From positions 3,872,001-3,936,000 of the forward strand of contig OZ242383.1 in NCBI GenBank assembly GCA_965209155.1: a stretch of 64,000 nucleotides of DNA, read 5' to 3'. The notes beneath the pieces were generated by a model, which was not told the DNA's origin, did no database searches, and was given only the letters and a program-made list of their open reading frames with translations. Below, one piece after another: positions 1 through 10,826 of the stretch. The DNA comes from a bacterium. Its GTDB lineage: Bacteria > SAR324 > NAC60-12. How positions within the stretch are numbered: the first letter of the stretch is position 1; every line of letters starts with the position of its first letter. The position numbers were made by a program, and so were the translations under genes.

Positions 1-62
1 ATTAATGCGAATCAGGAGTTGAATTTTAACTCATAAAATCAATAATTTAATAATAATGATGT

Positions 63-157
63 GTCATTCCTGATCCTGGATCAAGTCCAGGACCAGGAAT
101 CCAGCTGTACGTGGTAGCGGGAAATCAGCACGAACCTTGGATACCGGATCAAGTATG
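63..157. repeat. REP-like palindromic repeat cluster (GTCATTCC...GGAATCCAG type)
   Basis: gtcattcctg...ccaggaatccag at 63-104 and tggataccggatcaagt at ~139-155; the same motifs recur at 32.1 kb and 58.2 kb. Confidence 0.7.
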
Positions 158-268
158 GATTGGCTCACCCCTTTGGAAGACATTTGGGAAGATCATATTA
201 AATTGCAATTAATTTTCGGAAGAGTATAATATTATGGTCAACGAACATTTAATAGAAAGGAGCCTGCT

Positions 269-1249
269 ATGACCACTCAAAATTGGACAAAATTGAAACA
301 TATCCCCTCCGCTTACCAGTTGATCAAAGAGCGGGGATTGGCTGAGCACCTGGAAGAGTTGGATGCCTATGGTTTGACAGTGATTCCTCCCGAAAAGATA
401 AGAGGGGACCGGATCCTGGAACGTGCGCGCGAAGCGGTCCTCCGGATTGCCGAGGAAGATACGGGAGCGAAATATGACATCGAGACAGGTTCCCATGGCT
501 TTCAGATGAATCAAGGCAGCAATAACGGTCAGCATCTACTCTTTGCGTTTCTGGAAAAAGACCGGGTCTTCGAGGAGATTATCCAACACCCGATAGTCTT
601 ACCGCTGATGGAATACTATCTCGGGGAGGATTGCCAGTTGTCTTCGCTCTGCTGTTTCATCAAATGGCAGGATCCTGACGGTTATGGAAAAAACTTGGGA
701 CTACACGACGATACGGCGATGTATCCGGGGTATAGCTCACTGCCGGCGATTCCGCATGTATTCAATACGAATTGGATTCTCACCGACTACACGAAAGAGA
801 ATGGAGCCTTTTGTATTGTGCCGGGCTCCCACAATTACTGCCGCCATCCCGAACCCGGCGAGGGGGTGGAGGAGGCGATTCCCGTGGAAGCTCCTGCCGG
901 TTCGGTGCTGGTATTTCATGGCAATGTCTGGCATGGGGCGTTTCCCAGGCTAACTCCCGGATTGCGCCTCTCGCTCTCTTGCCATTATGTCGGACCGCAT
1001 TACCGGCTACAGGAAAACTTTCACGGCCGTATCAGTGAAGAAATGCTGGCACGTAATGATGCCCGGTTCCGGGAATTGGTCAACTATGACGATCCCTGGG
1101 GGTGGCAGGATTCCCGGGGGCCGATCCCCTGGTACATGCGCGAGAAAATCTGGGATACGTTAAATGATACAGAAAAGAAGTCGGTGAATGATGCTTACTA
1201 CAATCGAAGAAAGATAGGCAAGAATAGCACGGCGGATAGGAAAATCTAA
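269..1249 (+). CDS. Phytanoyl-CoA dioxygenase (PhyH) family Fe(II)/2OG oxygenase, copy 1
   Basis: HxD motif LHDD, WILTDYTKENGAFCIVPGSH, distal WHGA; RBS AAAGGAG. Confidence 0.9.
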   Translation: MTTQNWTKLKHIPSAYQLIKERGLAEHLEELDAYGLTVIPPEKIRGDRILERAREAVLRIAEEDTGAKYDIETGSHGFQMNQGSNNGQHLLFAFLEKDRVFEEIIQHPIVLPLMEYYLGEDCQLSSLCCFIKWQDPDGYGKNLGLHDDTAMYPGYSSLPAIPHVFNTNWILTDYTKENGAFCIVPGSHNYCRHPEPGEGVEEAIPVEAPAGSVLVFHGNVWHGAFPRLTPGLRLSLSCHYVGPHYRLQENFHGRISEEMLARNDARFRELVNYDDPWGWQDSRGPIPWYMREKIWDTLNDTEKKSVNDAYYNRRKIGKNSTADRKI

Positions 1250-1299
1250 AGCCAGAATTGTAACGAATAAGTTTAAACTACAATGAGAAGGAGCCTACA

Positions 1300-2292
1300 A
1301 TGACTACTCAAAATTGGACAAAATTGAAACACATCCCCCCCGCCTACCAGGTGATCAAAGAGCGAGGATTGGCTGAACACCTGGAAGAGTTGGATGCCTA
1401 TGGCTTGACGGTGATTCCTCCTGAAAAGATAGGAGGGGACCGGATCCTGGAACGTGCGCGCGAAGCGGTCCTCCGGATTGCCGAGGAAGATACGGGAGCA
1501 AAATATAACATCGAGACAGGTTCCCATGGCTTTCAAATGAATCAAGGCACCAATAACAGTCAGCATTTACTCTTCGGGTTTCTGGAGAAAGACCGGGTCT
1601 TCGAGGAGATTATCCAACATCCGATAGTCCTACCGCTGATGGAATACTATCTCGGGGAGGATTGCCAGTTGTCTTCACTTTGTTGTTTCATCAAATGGCA
1701 GGCCCCTGATGGCTATGGAAAAAACTTGGGACTACATGACGATACGGGGATGTATCCGGGATATAGTTCACTACCGGCGATTCCACATGTCTTCAATACG
1801 AATTGGATTCTCACCGACTACACGAAAGAGAATGGAGCTTTTTGCATAGTACCGGGCTCCCACAAATACTGCCGCCATCCTGAACCCGGGGAAGGGGTGG
1901 AGGAGGCGATTCCCGTGGAAGCTCCGGCCGGTTCGGTGCTGGCGTTTCATGGCAATGTCTGGCACGGGGCGTTTCCCAGGCTCACTCCCGGTTTGCGCCT
2001 CTCGCTCTCTTGCCATTATGTCGGTCCGCATTACCGACTTCAGGAAAACTTTCACGGTCGAATCAGTGAAGAAATGCTGGCACGCAATGATGCCAGGTTC
2101 CGGGAATTGGTCAACTATGACGATCCCTGGGGGTGGCAGGATTCCCGGGGGCCGATCCCCTGGTACATGCGAGAGAAAATCTGGGATACGTTAAATGATT
2201 CAGAAAAGAAGACGGTGAATGATGCTTACTACAATCGAAGAAAATCAGGCCAGATCAGCACACCGGATAGAGATGGTAAGGTAGCAAACTGA
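1300..2292 (+). CDS. PhyH family Fe(II)/2OG oxygenase, copy 2 (tandem duplicate)
   Basis: 13 amino-acid differences from copy 1 over the first 315 aa; own RBS AAGGAG. Confidence 0.9.
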   Translation: MTTQNWTKLKHIPPAYQVIKERGLAEHLEELDAYGLTVIPPEKIGGDRILERAREAVLRIAEEDTGAKYNIETGSHGFQMNQGTNNSQHLLFGFLEKDRVFEEIIQHPIVLPLMEYYLGEDCQLSSLCCFIKWQAPDGYGKNLGLHDDTGMYPGYSSLPAIPHVFNTNWILTDYTKENGAFCIVPGSHKYCRHPEPGEGVEEAIPVEAPAGSVLAFHGNVWHGAFPRLTPGLRLSLSCHYVGPHYRLQENFHGRISEEMLARNDARFRELVNYDDPWGWQDSRGPIPWYMREKIWDTLNDSEKKTVNDAYYNRRKSGQISTPDRDGKVAN

Positions 2293-2376
2293 AGCAGGAT
2301 GGGCTGGCTAAGCTGGTAGAGTTACCCCTCCGCCTGAATTCCATATTTAACGATTTTTATAATATGAACACTGACC

Positions 2377-3339
2377 CTACTGTTTATCAGGGTTAATCAG
2401 CAGCGTTCGTCTCAGGGATATTTTAGCTCCCCCCAAACGTCCGGCGCCTCGCAAGCGGGGGTCGAGCAGATCGCGCAAGGCGTCGCCAAACATGTTGACC
2501 CCATAGACGACGATGGCCAGGCAGAGGCCGGGAAAGAGGGCCAACAGGGGCTGGCTTTCCATGTATTTGCGGCCTTCCAGACTCAACATGCCCCCCCAAC
2601 TGGGCTGGGGCGGTGGAATGCCGAAGCCAAGGAAGCTGATGGTGGCCTCATCGAGAATGATGCCTCCGAGAGCCACGGTGAAGACAGTGATGATCGGTGC
2701 GACAATCTGGGGCAGGATGTGCCGCAAAAGAATTCTCCAGTTGGGAACACCGATAGCTCGCGCCGCCTCCACGTACAAATTTTCCTTGGCGCTCAGCACC
2801 ACTCCACGAACCGTCCGGATGTTGGCAATCCCCCAAAACGCGCCTAGTACGCTGATCATCTGGATCATGCCTGGCCCAAGTAGCGCCATCACCGTCAAGA
2901 GGATAAACAATGCCGGGAGGCTCAACCAGGCGTCGACAAAACGTTGCAGGATGAGATCGAATTTGCCTCCCCAGTATCCCGAAATCAAGCCGAAGGTCGT
3001 GGCAATTACCAGTGCGATCGCGCAACTGGCCAGTCCGACAATCATCGAAATGCGAGCTCCCTGAACCAGCCGGCTGTACTGGTCTCGCCCCATTTGATCA
3101 GTCCCCAGGGGGAACTGGAAGGAGGGGCCTTCCAGCCGGTGCTTCAGGTTGCGCTGGAGCATGCCATGGGTAGCAAGAGAGTCGGCAAAAATTCCAACGA
3201 ACAAAAAAACCAGGACGATGATCCCACCCAGCGCCCCTAAGGGTTTCTCTCGAAACAGCCGGGAAAAGAATTCCCGAAAAGGTTTTCTTCCTTTGTGTTC
3301 GGTGGAGGTTACTGCCGAGATCTTTGTTTTTGCTTCCAT
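2377..3339 (-). CDS. Opp/Dpp-type ABC transporter permease (OppC/DppC family)
   Basis: LGTDQMGRD, EAA loop YVEAARAIG, SFLGFGIPPPQPSWG, GDALRDLLDPR. Confidence 0.92.
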   Translation of the reverse strand: MEAKTKISAVTSTEHKGRKPFREFFSRLFREKPLGALGGIIVLVFLFVGIFADSLATHGMLQRNLKHRLEGPSFQFPLGTDQMGRDQYSRLVQGARISMIVGLASCAIALVIATTFGLISGYWGGKFDLILQRFVDAWLSLPALFILLTVMALLGPGMIQMISVLGAFWGIANIRTVRGVVLSAKENLYVEAARAIGVPNWRILLRHILPQIVAPIITVFTVALGGIILDEATISFLGFGIPPPQPSWGGMLSLEGRKYMESQPLLALFPGLCLAIVVYGVNMFGDALRDLLDPRLRGAGRLGGAKISLRRTLLINPDKQ

Positions 3340-3448
3340 TGTTTTAAAGCGGTTTGCTATGTGATTAGGGGAATCCTCATTTAATCTGTTAGCATTTTGC
3401 GATTAGCCAATGTCTTCAAGGCTAATAGCTTAAGGTTAAAGCTAATTG

Positions 3449-4402
3449 CTATCTAAACCGAATCCGCGGATCGAGCCAGGCGTAGCTGAGGTCGATGATG
3501 ATATTGATCACCAAGACAAAGATGGCCGCATAGACGTTGACGCCGGTAATGATGGGATAGTCCCGAACCTTAATCGAATCGACGACCAGCCGGCCGATGC
3601 CGGGCAGGCTGAAGATGTATTCCACTACCACCGCCCCACCAATCAAGACAGGGAGTTGCAGACCGACCATGGTGACCACCGGGATCAGCGAATTCTTCAA
3701 CACGTGCCGCGTCACCACCACCCGTTCCCGGAGGCCCTTGGCCCAAGCAGTCCGGACGTAGTCCGCTCGGAGCACTTCCAGCATCGTGTTGCGCATCAAG
3801 CGCATGGTCATCCCGGAAAGCCACATCCCCAGGATGAAAGCCGGAATGATCACCATGGACAGGTTGTCCAAGGGGTCGTCCAGAAAAGGCACATAGAACA
3901 TCGGGGGTGACCAGCGCCACCAGATGGAAGGATAAATCATGACCATCGTTCCGATCCAGAAGCTGGGCACGCAGATGAAGAAAATGGCAAGGCTGCGAAT
4001 GAGATGATCCATCTTCGTGTCAGGCCGTATCCCGGAATAGATACCGACCGGCAAGGCGATCATCAAAGAAAAGAAAATGGCCAGGAGGCCCACTTCCACG
4101 GAGACGGGCAGCGCCTCCAGGAGGATTCGGGTGACCGGCGCGTCTGTCCACATGGACCTGCCCAGGTCACCTTGCAGCACCCCGTTGAACCAGCGCGCGT
4201 ACTGGACATGGATCGGCAAATCCAACCCCAGATGTTTCCGGATCAAAGCCCTGGCATCGTCATCGGCAACAAATCGCTGGTGACTGACCATGACGTCGAT
4301 GGCATCCCCCGGGATGAAGCGCAGGCTGAAGAATACCAAGACCGAGACAATCAGCAGGGTGGGGATGACCAGGAGGAATCTTCGGAGGATATAGGTCTGC
4401 AC
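3449..4402 (-). CDS. Opp/Dpp-type ABC transporter permease (OppB/DppB family)
   Basis: YILRRFLLVIPTL, PGD, DYVRTAWAKGL, DLSYAWLDPRIR; GTG start. Confidence 0.92.
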   Translation of the reverse strand: MQTYILRRFLLVIPTLLIVSVLVFFSLRFIPGDAIDVMVSHQRFVADDDARALIRKHLGLDLPIHVQYARWFNGVLQGDLGRSMWTDAPVTRILLEALPVSVEVGLLAIFFSLMIALPVGIYSGIRPDTKMDHLIRSLAIFFICVPSFWIGTMVMIYPSIWWRWSPPMFYVPFLDDPLDNLSMVIIPAFILGMWLSGMTMRLMRNTMLEVLRADYVRTAWAKGLRERVVVTRHVLKNSLIPVVTMVGLQLPVLIGGAVVVEYIFSLPGIGRLVVDSIKVRDYPIITGVNVYAAIFVLVINIIIDLSYAWLDPRIRFR

Positions 4403-4428
4403 GGTATTTTTTTATTTTGAACTAACAC

Positions 4429-4463
4429 AAAAAAAGGAGTTGGATGGATCCATCCAACCCCTT
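4429..4463 (-). terminator. Intrinsic terminator-like hairpin between the solute-binding protein gene and the permease gene
   Basis: Minus strand reads AAGGGGTTGGATG-GATC-CATCCAACTCCTT followed by a T run. Confidence 0.7.
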
Positions 4464-4489
4464 GGTGTGGATCGAGCACTTAGACGAGT

Positions 4490-6220
4490 CTACTCATCCG
4501 GGTCGCGTCCGCTCATTTGCTTCTTCATGTCTGCGTCAATCCAGTAGTACTTGACCAGGTTCAGTCGGGGCGATTCGTACCCGCCGGCACCTTCATATCC
4601 TTTAACCCACGGCTGCCAGTGGTTATACGTATTCACGCCCATCCAATTAATCCCCCAGGCCAGTTCTAACCAATGGAGATACAACTCGGTCCAGATACGC
4701 TTGGATTCGATGGGGTCCGTCTCGCTTTTATAGGCGTCCTGCAAGGCCCGCATCTTATTGTCCGCGATCGTGCCTTTGACAAAACCTGCACCGAAGAACG
4801 GGGCGTCTGCTCCGTGCCACTTGGACAAACACGCCATGTTGAGGTTATTACACCCGGTGTCATGAGCCCCCATACCGGAGTAGACTTTATCATCCGGCCC
4901 TTCCGGCCCTGGATGAATGCTGGAATACATCATGGTTTGCTCCATCGTCTTCAATTTGACACGAATGCCGACTTCTTCAAGGTAAGTGGTCATCAATTCG
5001 AAATGTTCGGCCCAGTCATGGGAGACAATCAATTCGGTGTCAAAGCCATTGGGATAGCCCGCATCGGCCAGCAGTTTTTTGGCCTCATCGGGGTGATACT
5101 CAAAGAGCTTGGCCAGGTCAGGGCGGTATTTCTTCAGCCAATCCATGCTCAGGCGTTCCCCGACCGAACAATTTTGAGGCATACTAGGGAAACAAGCGTT
5201 GCCTTTGTAAAAATCGTCACGAACTTCTTCGTAGTTGATGGCCATATGGGCCGCATAGCGGACCCGGACATCGTTCCAAGGCGCCAAATCGGCCCTCACC
5301 CAAGTGAAGAGGCCCATGACGAAGCCGGGGACAAATTTTATTTCAGGGTTCGTCTTCTCCACCGCATCTTTTTCCTCGCCACTCAGACCAAACATACTGA
5401 GGATGTCCAGCTTGCCGGAGCGCAAGGCTGCCATTTTTGTCGCCGCATCGGCAAAATCTACGATCCTCATGCCGTCCACGTAGGGGACTTGATCGTCCGT
5501 ATTGAAGACGTCTTTCCCCCAATAGTCCGGGTTCTTTATGTAGGTGGTCACACTCAAGTCGACATGATCCTCCAGCATAAAGGGTCCCGTGTAGATCCCA
5601 CTGTTTTTCGTCGTCTGCCAATCATCCATTTTGTCTTCGATCTCCTTCCATTCGGGTGCCGGAATGGCTATCAGCAAGAGATCCTGCGCCCAGATTCCGG
5701 GAACATCCGGTGCATCCATCTCCACATCAATCGTCCAGTCATCCCGGGCGGTCCACTTGAGGCGTTTGTGTGCTTCATACAAGCCGCCGGCTCTGGTATC
5801 GGCGGTGAGGATTTCCCAATCGCGTACAATATCCCGGGCATTCAATTCCCGGCCGTTTGCGGGGGGTTTATTATGGAAGTGGACGCCCTTACGCACCTTA
5901 AAAACCAGACTTTGGGCAGTCGGCTGTTCCCAGGATTCCAGCAAAGAACCTCTTAAACCATTGAGGGAATAATTCGACTGGTTCGCGAATGTAAATTCAC
6001 CGGTACCTCGCGGCCCCTTTGTTAAGTCCGACTCTAACAGGAAATCAGTGAGTAGGCCAAATTTCTCAATGCAAACACTGACATGGACGGGCTGCCAACA
6101 AGCGGCAACATTCCGTCCCGCAACAGTGATGTAGCCCCCATAGGATTGCGCATACGCATGAGACAAGGCCCCCACCAGGGTCAGCCCTGCCAAAAGAGTT
6201 ATCCATTTTTTAAAAGACAT
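4490..6220 (-). CDS. ABC transporter substrate-binding protein, family 5 (peptide/nickel type)
   Basis: Signal peptide MSFKKWITLL..AYAQ after RBS AAAGGAGG; RKGVHFH, TGPF, KNPDYW, AKKLLADAGYPNGF. Confidence 0.9.
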   Translation of the reverse strand: MSFKKWITLLAGLTLVGALSHAYAQSYGGYITVAGRNVAACWQPVHVSVCIEKFGLLTDFLLESDLTKGPRGTGEFTFANQSNYSLNGLRGSLLESWEQPTAQSLVFKVRKGVHFHNKPPANGRELNARDIVRDWEILTADTRAGGLYEAHKRLKWTARDDWTIDVEMDAPDVPGIWAQDLLLIAIPAPEWKEIEDKMDDWQTTKNSGIYTGPFMLEDHVDLSVTTYIKNPDYWGKDVFNTDDQVPYVDGMRIVDFADAATKMAALRSGKLDILSMFGLSGEEKDAVEKTNPEIKFVPGFVMGLFTWVRADLAPWNDVRVRYAAHMAINYEEVRDDFYKGNACFPSMPQNCSVGERLSMDWLKKYRPDLAKLFEYHPDEAKKLLADAGYPNGFDTELIVSHDWAEHFELMTTYLEEVGIRVKLKTMEQTMMYSSIHPGPEGPDDKVYSGMGAHDTGCNNLNMACLSKWHGADAPFFGAGFVKGTIADNKMRALQDAYKSETDPIESKRIWTELYLHWLELAWGINWMGVNTYNHWQPWVKGYEGAGGYESPRLNLVKYYWIDADMKKQMSGRDPDE

Positions 6221-6814
6221 AGGTCCTCCTTTATTTTTATTCAGGTTGAAGCGATAAAAATTCTTTTTCTGCTTACGTGATATCACATTGGATTCTCCAC
6301 AAAATAATGAACGTGAAAAAGACGCACTTGTGCATTGATGATATTCCAATTCTCTCCTTGCCCTTCCGTTCCTGAGATTTGGAATGATGGTACGGTCGCT
6401 CTTATCTACCGGAAGCAGCTATACTTAAGGATCACATTATTGACCTTCCGTCCCCGGAAGAAAGTATTTTATAATTGCTTCGCAAATGGTTGTCAAATAT
6501 TTATGGCAATCATTTCACTGATGCAGCGGCTCGCAAAGCGCGTTTTCACTTATAAAAAACCTGTAATGTCAATATAATTCAGCAACCGAAAGCTGACAGC
6601 AGAAGGCTAAAAGCTATTCTGCGATAGCGACTATTTGATGAAATTATTTTATATCCAGAAATAAATCAACGCTTTTGTATAATTCGATTTATTATTATAA
6701 GCAATTTTTTTCATATTTCTTCATTTCTCGATTTAATTGCCGTGCTGGGAGAAGAGCATCCGGGCCTGCAAACCTCGTTTGCGTACTAAGCCCTCATCTC
6801 TTTCGCATCAGGGA

Positions 6815-7777
6815 CTATTCATACCGGACCCTGGGGTCCAAATAGGGATAAATCAGGTCGATGAGGAGATTGAGCAGGACTACCCCGGTGGCGAAAAAGA
6901 GGTTGACTCCGGAGACCACGGGGTAGTCTCTTTCCTGGAGGGCAACCAACAGCAGACGCCCGAGTCCCGGCAGGTTGAAGATGTTCTCCATGATCACGGA
7001 GCCCCCCACCAGGATGGGCAACTGCAAGCCAATCAGGGTGATAACCGGAATGAGGGCATTTTTGATGACGTGCCGGATAATCACCACCCGTTCCCGGAGG
7101 CCCTTGGACCAGGCCGTTCGGATATAGTCCTGCCTTAAAACCTCCAGCATCATGGTGCGCGTCATCCGCATGGTAGCTGCCGCCATGGCCGTCCCCAAAA
7201 TCAGGCTGGGAAAGAAGAACATCCCCAGGTTACCCAATGGGTCTTCGCTGAAACGAATCAGCTTCAACGGCGGCGACCAGCCCCACCAGAGGGCCGGGTA
7301 GATCATCAGCATAATGCCCAGCCAGAAGTTGGGCGTGGCCAAGCCGATGACGGCGATGCTGCGCCCCAGGTAGTCGGCGGCGGTATCCTGGCGAATGGCC
7401 GAGTAGATGCCCACCGGCAGGGCGATCACCAGCCCGATGAGGATGGCCATGAGGCCAAGCTCAAGGGTGACCGGCAATCGTCCGATGATCTTCTCCTCTA
7501 CCGTCCAATCGCCCCACAGTGATTGGCCCAGGGTACCGTGCCGGAATATACCGCCGATCCAACGTCCATACTGCACGTAGACCGGCACGTCCAGTCCCAG
7601 CATCTGCTCGAGCGTGTCACGTTCTAATTCTCCATAGTTCCCCACGTGTTCCATCCTGCCCACCATGGCGTCTATGACATTGCCCGGGATGAAGCGCACC
7701 GAGAAAAAGACCAGGATGCTCAAGAAGAAAAGGGTGGGGATGATGAGCAACAACCGCCGGATGATATAGACTCTCAT
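6815..7777 (-). CDS. Opp/Dpp-type ABC permease (OppB family); no OppC gene follows
   Basis: YIIRRLLLIIPT, DYIRTAWSKGL, YPYLDPRVRY. Confidence 0.92.
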   Translation of the reverse strand: MRVYIIRRLLLIIPTLFFLSILVFFSVRFIPGNVIDAMVGRMEHVGNYGELERDTLEQMLGLDVPVYVQYGRWIGGIFRHGTLGQSLWGDWTVEEKIIGRLPVTLELGLMAILIGLVIALPVGIYSAIRQDTAADYLGRSIAVIGLATPNFWLGIMLMIYPALWWGWSPPLKLIRFSEDPLGNLGMFFFPSLILGTAMAAATMRMTRTMMLEVLRQDYIRTAWSKGLRERVVIIRHVIKNALIPVITLIGLQLPILVGGSVIMENIFNLPGLGRLLLVALQERDYPVVSGVNLFFATGVVLLNLLIDLIYPYLDPRVRYE

Positions 7778-7785
7778 GGGAGACC

Positions 7786-9585
7786 CTAATGCCCCATTTC
7801 TTTCTTCAGGTCCTGGTCAATCCAAATGCGGGAGAAGATGACGGAACGGTCGCCCCATCCCAGGTCGATTTCACCGTTATAGCCTTTGATCCAAGGCTGG
7901 TTCACATTAAACTGTGGAGGTTTGGGACTCCACACCAACACGTGGTTCTTGGCGAGATACAGATCGATCTCTCTAATGTGTCCCTTCTGCTCTTCGACGG
8001 TAGGAGCGGCTTGAGCCGCATCAAATAAGGCGTCGTAAACCGGGTCACTGAGTCCGGTTGTACTCGGTCCGGTCCCGGTTTTTCCTATAGAGCTCGAGTG
8101 GTACTCTCTGACCGCTTCCAAAGCATCAAAATCATAAGCTGCTACCGAACTTGCCATCCCTTCATAAGTCAGTCCTTGTACAGCGGCAATAAAAGCAGGT
8201 CGGTCCAATACAATGATCTCAACTTCAACGCCAATCTTATCCCAGTAGGAGGCCGCTAACTGCGCGTAGTTCAGATCAAATCTATCTAAAGCAGTCAAGT
8301 TGATCTTGAAGCCATTGGGATAGCCCGCTTCCTCCAGAAGCTGCTTCGCCCCTTCCGGGTCATACCGATAGCCTTTCTTGACCGCTTCGGGCCACTCATC
8401 AAACGGGACGGTAAAACCAGCAAGCGCATCTCCAATCCTTGTGCGAGGGGTCGTGTCGGCGAAGCCCTTATAGTACTTCGTGTTAATGGTCTCGAGGTCC
8501 AATGCCATCTGCATGGCCTGGCGCACCCTGATATCGTTAAATGGAGGCTCCATGATTTTGAACGTAAAAGCATTCTCCGCACGATAGGCCCACGGAGTCA
8601 GCATGAGTTCCGGGTTGTTTTCCCGCAGACTCACTGCCTGGTCGATAGACCCTAATTGAGCGCCACAACCGCCGGGCAAACCGATATAATCCACCTTACC
8701 CGAGCGCAATCCCGCCACAATCGTTGCTTCTTCCCCCATAAACAGGCCCGTTAACTGGTCAATGTAGGGCAAGCGGTTCTCCGGGTATTTTTCATCGAAG
8801 CCCCAGTAGTCAGGATTCTTGGTATACGTGGTAGAGCTGCCTTCGACGATGTCGGTAAGCATGTAGGGTCCGGTACCGACCGAATGTCTCCAATCTTTGA
8901 GATTGCCGTGCTCCTTGAGGACCTCGGGCGGGTATACCCAAGCGGCGTGGTGGATGAGCAGATTCCTCAGTGTATCGGTTTGTGCTTCCGTCGTTTTGAA
9001 AACAACCGTATACCGATCAGTAGCCGTTACCGATTCAAAGGGAATGGCGGTGATCTGGCCTTGATGGGGACTCCCTCCAATTTCGCTGAATTCGCCCAGG
9101 CCCGCCATGCGGTGCCAGTTGAATTCTACGTCCTTGGCGATCAATTCTCTCCCATTCATGGGTGCCTTGTTATGCCAGTGAATGCCCTGGCGGATATGGA
9201 AGATATAGGTTTTCGGATCGGGTAGTTCCCAGCTTTCAGCCACCGAGCCTCTCAGGACCGAAAGAGGAACGTAGCCGCTTTGCAGGTTAAATTCATTCCG
9301 ATCTATTTCCCATCTCCCGATGCCGAGCTTCTCTGTAACACCGGCCTGGGTAGAACCGGCGAAGCCACCGTACCAACTGTCAATATAATAAGTCGACCCG
9401 CAGCCTCGATTGGCGAAGGTCAATGTCCCACCATACTCGGGTGCGGTCACCATCTCTCCAGTGGAGGGGTCTTTGACCATTTTCTTCTCGGCAGCCATGG
9501 CTGCCGAACTGACACCGAGGACTGCCACCACCAGGGTGAGAATTAACAACAATGATTGGATTTTTCTTGTTATACTATTTTCCAT
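7786..9585 (-). CDS. ABC transporter substrate-binding protein, family 5
   Basis: Start MENSITRK after RBS GGAGGA, signal peptide, PEYGG, GTGPY, KNPDYW, LLEEAGYPNGF. Confidence 0.9.
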   Translation of the reverse strand: MENSITRKIQSLLLILTLVVAVLGVSSAAMAAEKKMVKDPSTGEMVTAPEYGGTLTFANRGCGSTYYIDSWYGGFAGSTQAGVTEKLGIGRWEIDRNEFNLQSGYVPLSVLRGSVAESWELPDPKTYIFHIRQGIHWHNKAPMNGRELIAKDVEFNWHRMAGLGEFSEIGGSPHQGQITAIPFESVTATDRYTVVFKTTEAQTDTLRNLLIHHAAWVYPPEVLKEHGNLKDWRHSVGTGPYMLTDIVEGSSTTYTKNPDYWGFDEKYPENRLPYIDQLTGLFMGEEATIVAGLRSGKVDYIGLPGGCGAQLGSIDQAVSLRENNPELMLTPWAYRAENAFTFKIMEPPFNDIRVRQAMQMALDLETINTKYYKGFADTTPRTRIGDALAGFTVPFDEWPEAVKKGYRYDPEGAKQLLEEAGYPNGFKINLTALDRFDLNYAQLAASYWDKIGVEVEIIVLDRPAFIAAVQGLTYEGMASSVAAYDFDALEAVREYHSSSIGKTGTGPSTTGLSDPVYDALFDAAQAAPTVEEQKGHIREIDLYLAKNHVLVWSPKPPQFNVNQPWIKGYNGEIDLGWGDRSVIFSRIWIDQDLKKEMGH

Positions 9586-10111
9586 GCTTCCTCCTACAAT
9601 TGAAATTAAATTTAAAGATTCGCCACAACATCGAGCGAATCGAATTTTCGCAGCAGACACGACGTCCAACGCGTTCGGCCCCACGATAGGGGCCAGAAAT
9701 TTTTTAATACCCATGAATACCTTTATAATGAAAGAGCATTGAAACAACGTGCGCTCGAACGCACGGATGAGGAAAAAAAGATTCCCGGGGAGGAGGGATT
9801 GCATTCACAATACTCGATTCACTTCCTCTCTTCCCCAAGCAATCCCATGAGACGATAGCTACAATATATATATATTTCAAGCACTTTCTTTAAATTTATA
9901 ATTTTTTTGCCTTGAAACGCAGGATATTGATTAATAAGCTGGAGGGCCAAGGTTTGGTTTTGGGATAAAGGATCAGGAAAGTGGATTTTATGCCCTATCT
10001 TGTATTATGGTACAGATCGCTATGGTGAGGAGATGAGTTTGCAAGGAAGGTCAGCCTTTGAAATTGAAACTTCTGTTGATCTTTTAATATCTTATAGGAT
10101 ATACTATTTCT

Positions 10112-10459
10112 TTGAAAACCATCTTCTTTCAAGATAATGCCGGCAATGAACCGGCAAAGAAATTTTTAAACAATCTTCCTCCGAATGTTCGTACCAGATT
10201 TCATGATTATTTGAAGCATCTGGTGGAACATGAAGGCAGAATGAGTGGGGTGGCTTTCAAAAAATTGCATGGCTATCCCATGGAAGAAATTCGGGTAAAG
10301 CAATCCTAGAATCTGCACAGAATCATTTTACATGTGCGGATTAAAACCGTTGTTTTCATCCTTCATGGTTTTACCAAAAAAGAAGGACAAGCAACTCCAA
10401 TAAAAGAGCTGGAAATTGCGCATGAACGGCTCAAAGCACTTTTAACATTGGAGCAGTAA
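10112..10459 (+). pseudogene. RelE/ParE (Gp49/HigB-like) toxin with internal in-frame TAG at 10307-10309
   Basis: The frame continues past TAG as NLHRIILHVRIKTVVFILHGFTKKEGQATPIKELEIAHERLK, the typical LHGFxKKxxxTP toxin C-terminus; lies directly before an HTH gene. Confidence 0.8.
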
Positions 10460-10461
10460 GA

Positions 10462-10791
10462 ATGAGGGCACTGACTGAAAAAGAATGTATCGAACTTGGA
10501 GTGAATCCACAACATTGTGGTACGAATTTTGAGCAATATCATCAAGAGCAAATGAAAGACCCTGAGTTTCGCAAAGAGTATGAAAAACTGCAATTACAAA
10601 GACGAGTTGCCAAGGCAATTGTCAACAGACGTGAAGCTCAAAGGCTTTCACAAAGAGAACTTGCCAGACGTGCAAAAACCACTCAAGCGGTGATTTCACG
10701 TATTGAAAACGGTAATGTTTCAGTGGGATTGCAAATGCTTCAAAGAATTGCGGACCCTTTAGGAACCCGAATTGATATCGTTTTGCGTTGA
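10462..10791 (+). CDS. XRE-family HTH antitoxin (HigA-like)
   Basis: DPEFRKEYEKL, LSQRELARRAKTTQAVISRIENG; starts 2 bp after the toxin frame. Confidence 0.85.
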   Translation: MRALTEKECIELGVNPQHCGTNFEQYHQEQMKDPEFRKEYEKLQLQRRVAKAIVNRREAQRLSQRELARRAKTTQAVISRIENGNVSVGLQMLQRIADPLGTRIDIVLR

Positions 10792-10826
10792 ATAGGAATA
10801 CTGGATAAAATGCGGAGCGATTTTGG

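Noticed and set aside
4673..5956. 427-aa plus-strand ORF
   Set aside because: Antisense shadow of the solute-binding protein gene; no recognisable motifs
10307..10309. TAG in the RelE-type toxin as pyrrolysine or recoding
   Set aside because: TAG is used as a normal stop by many genes here, no pyl genes are in view, and toxin inactivation is the local pattern
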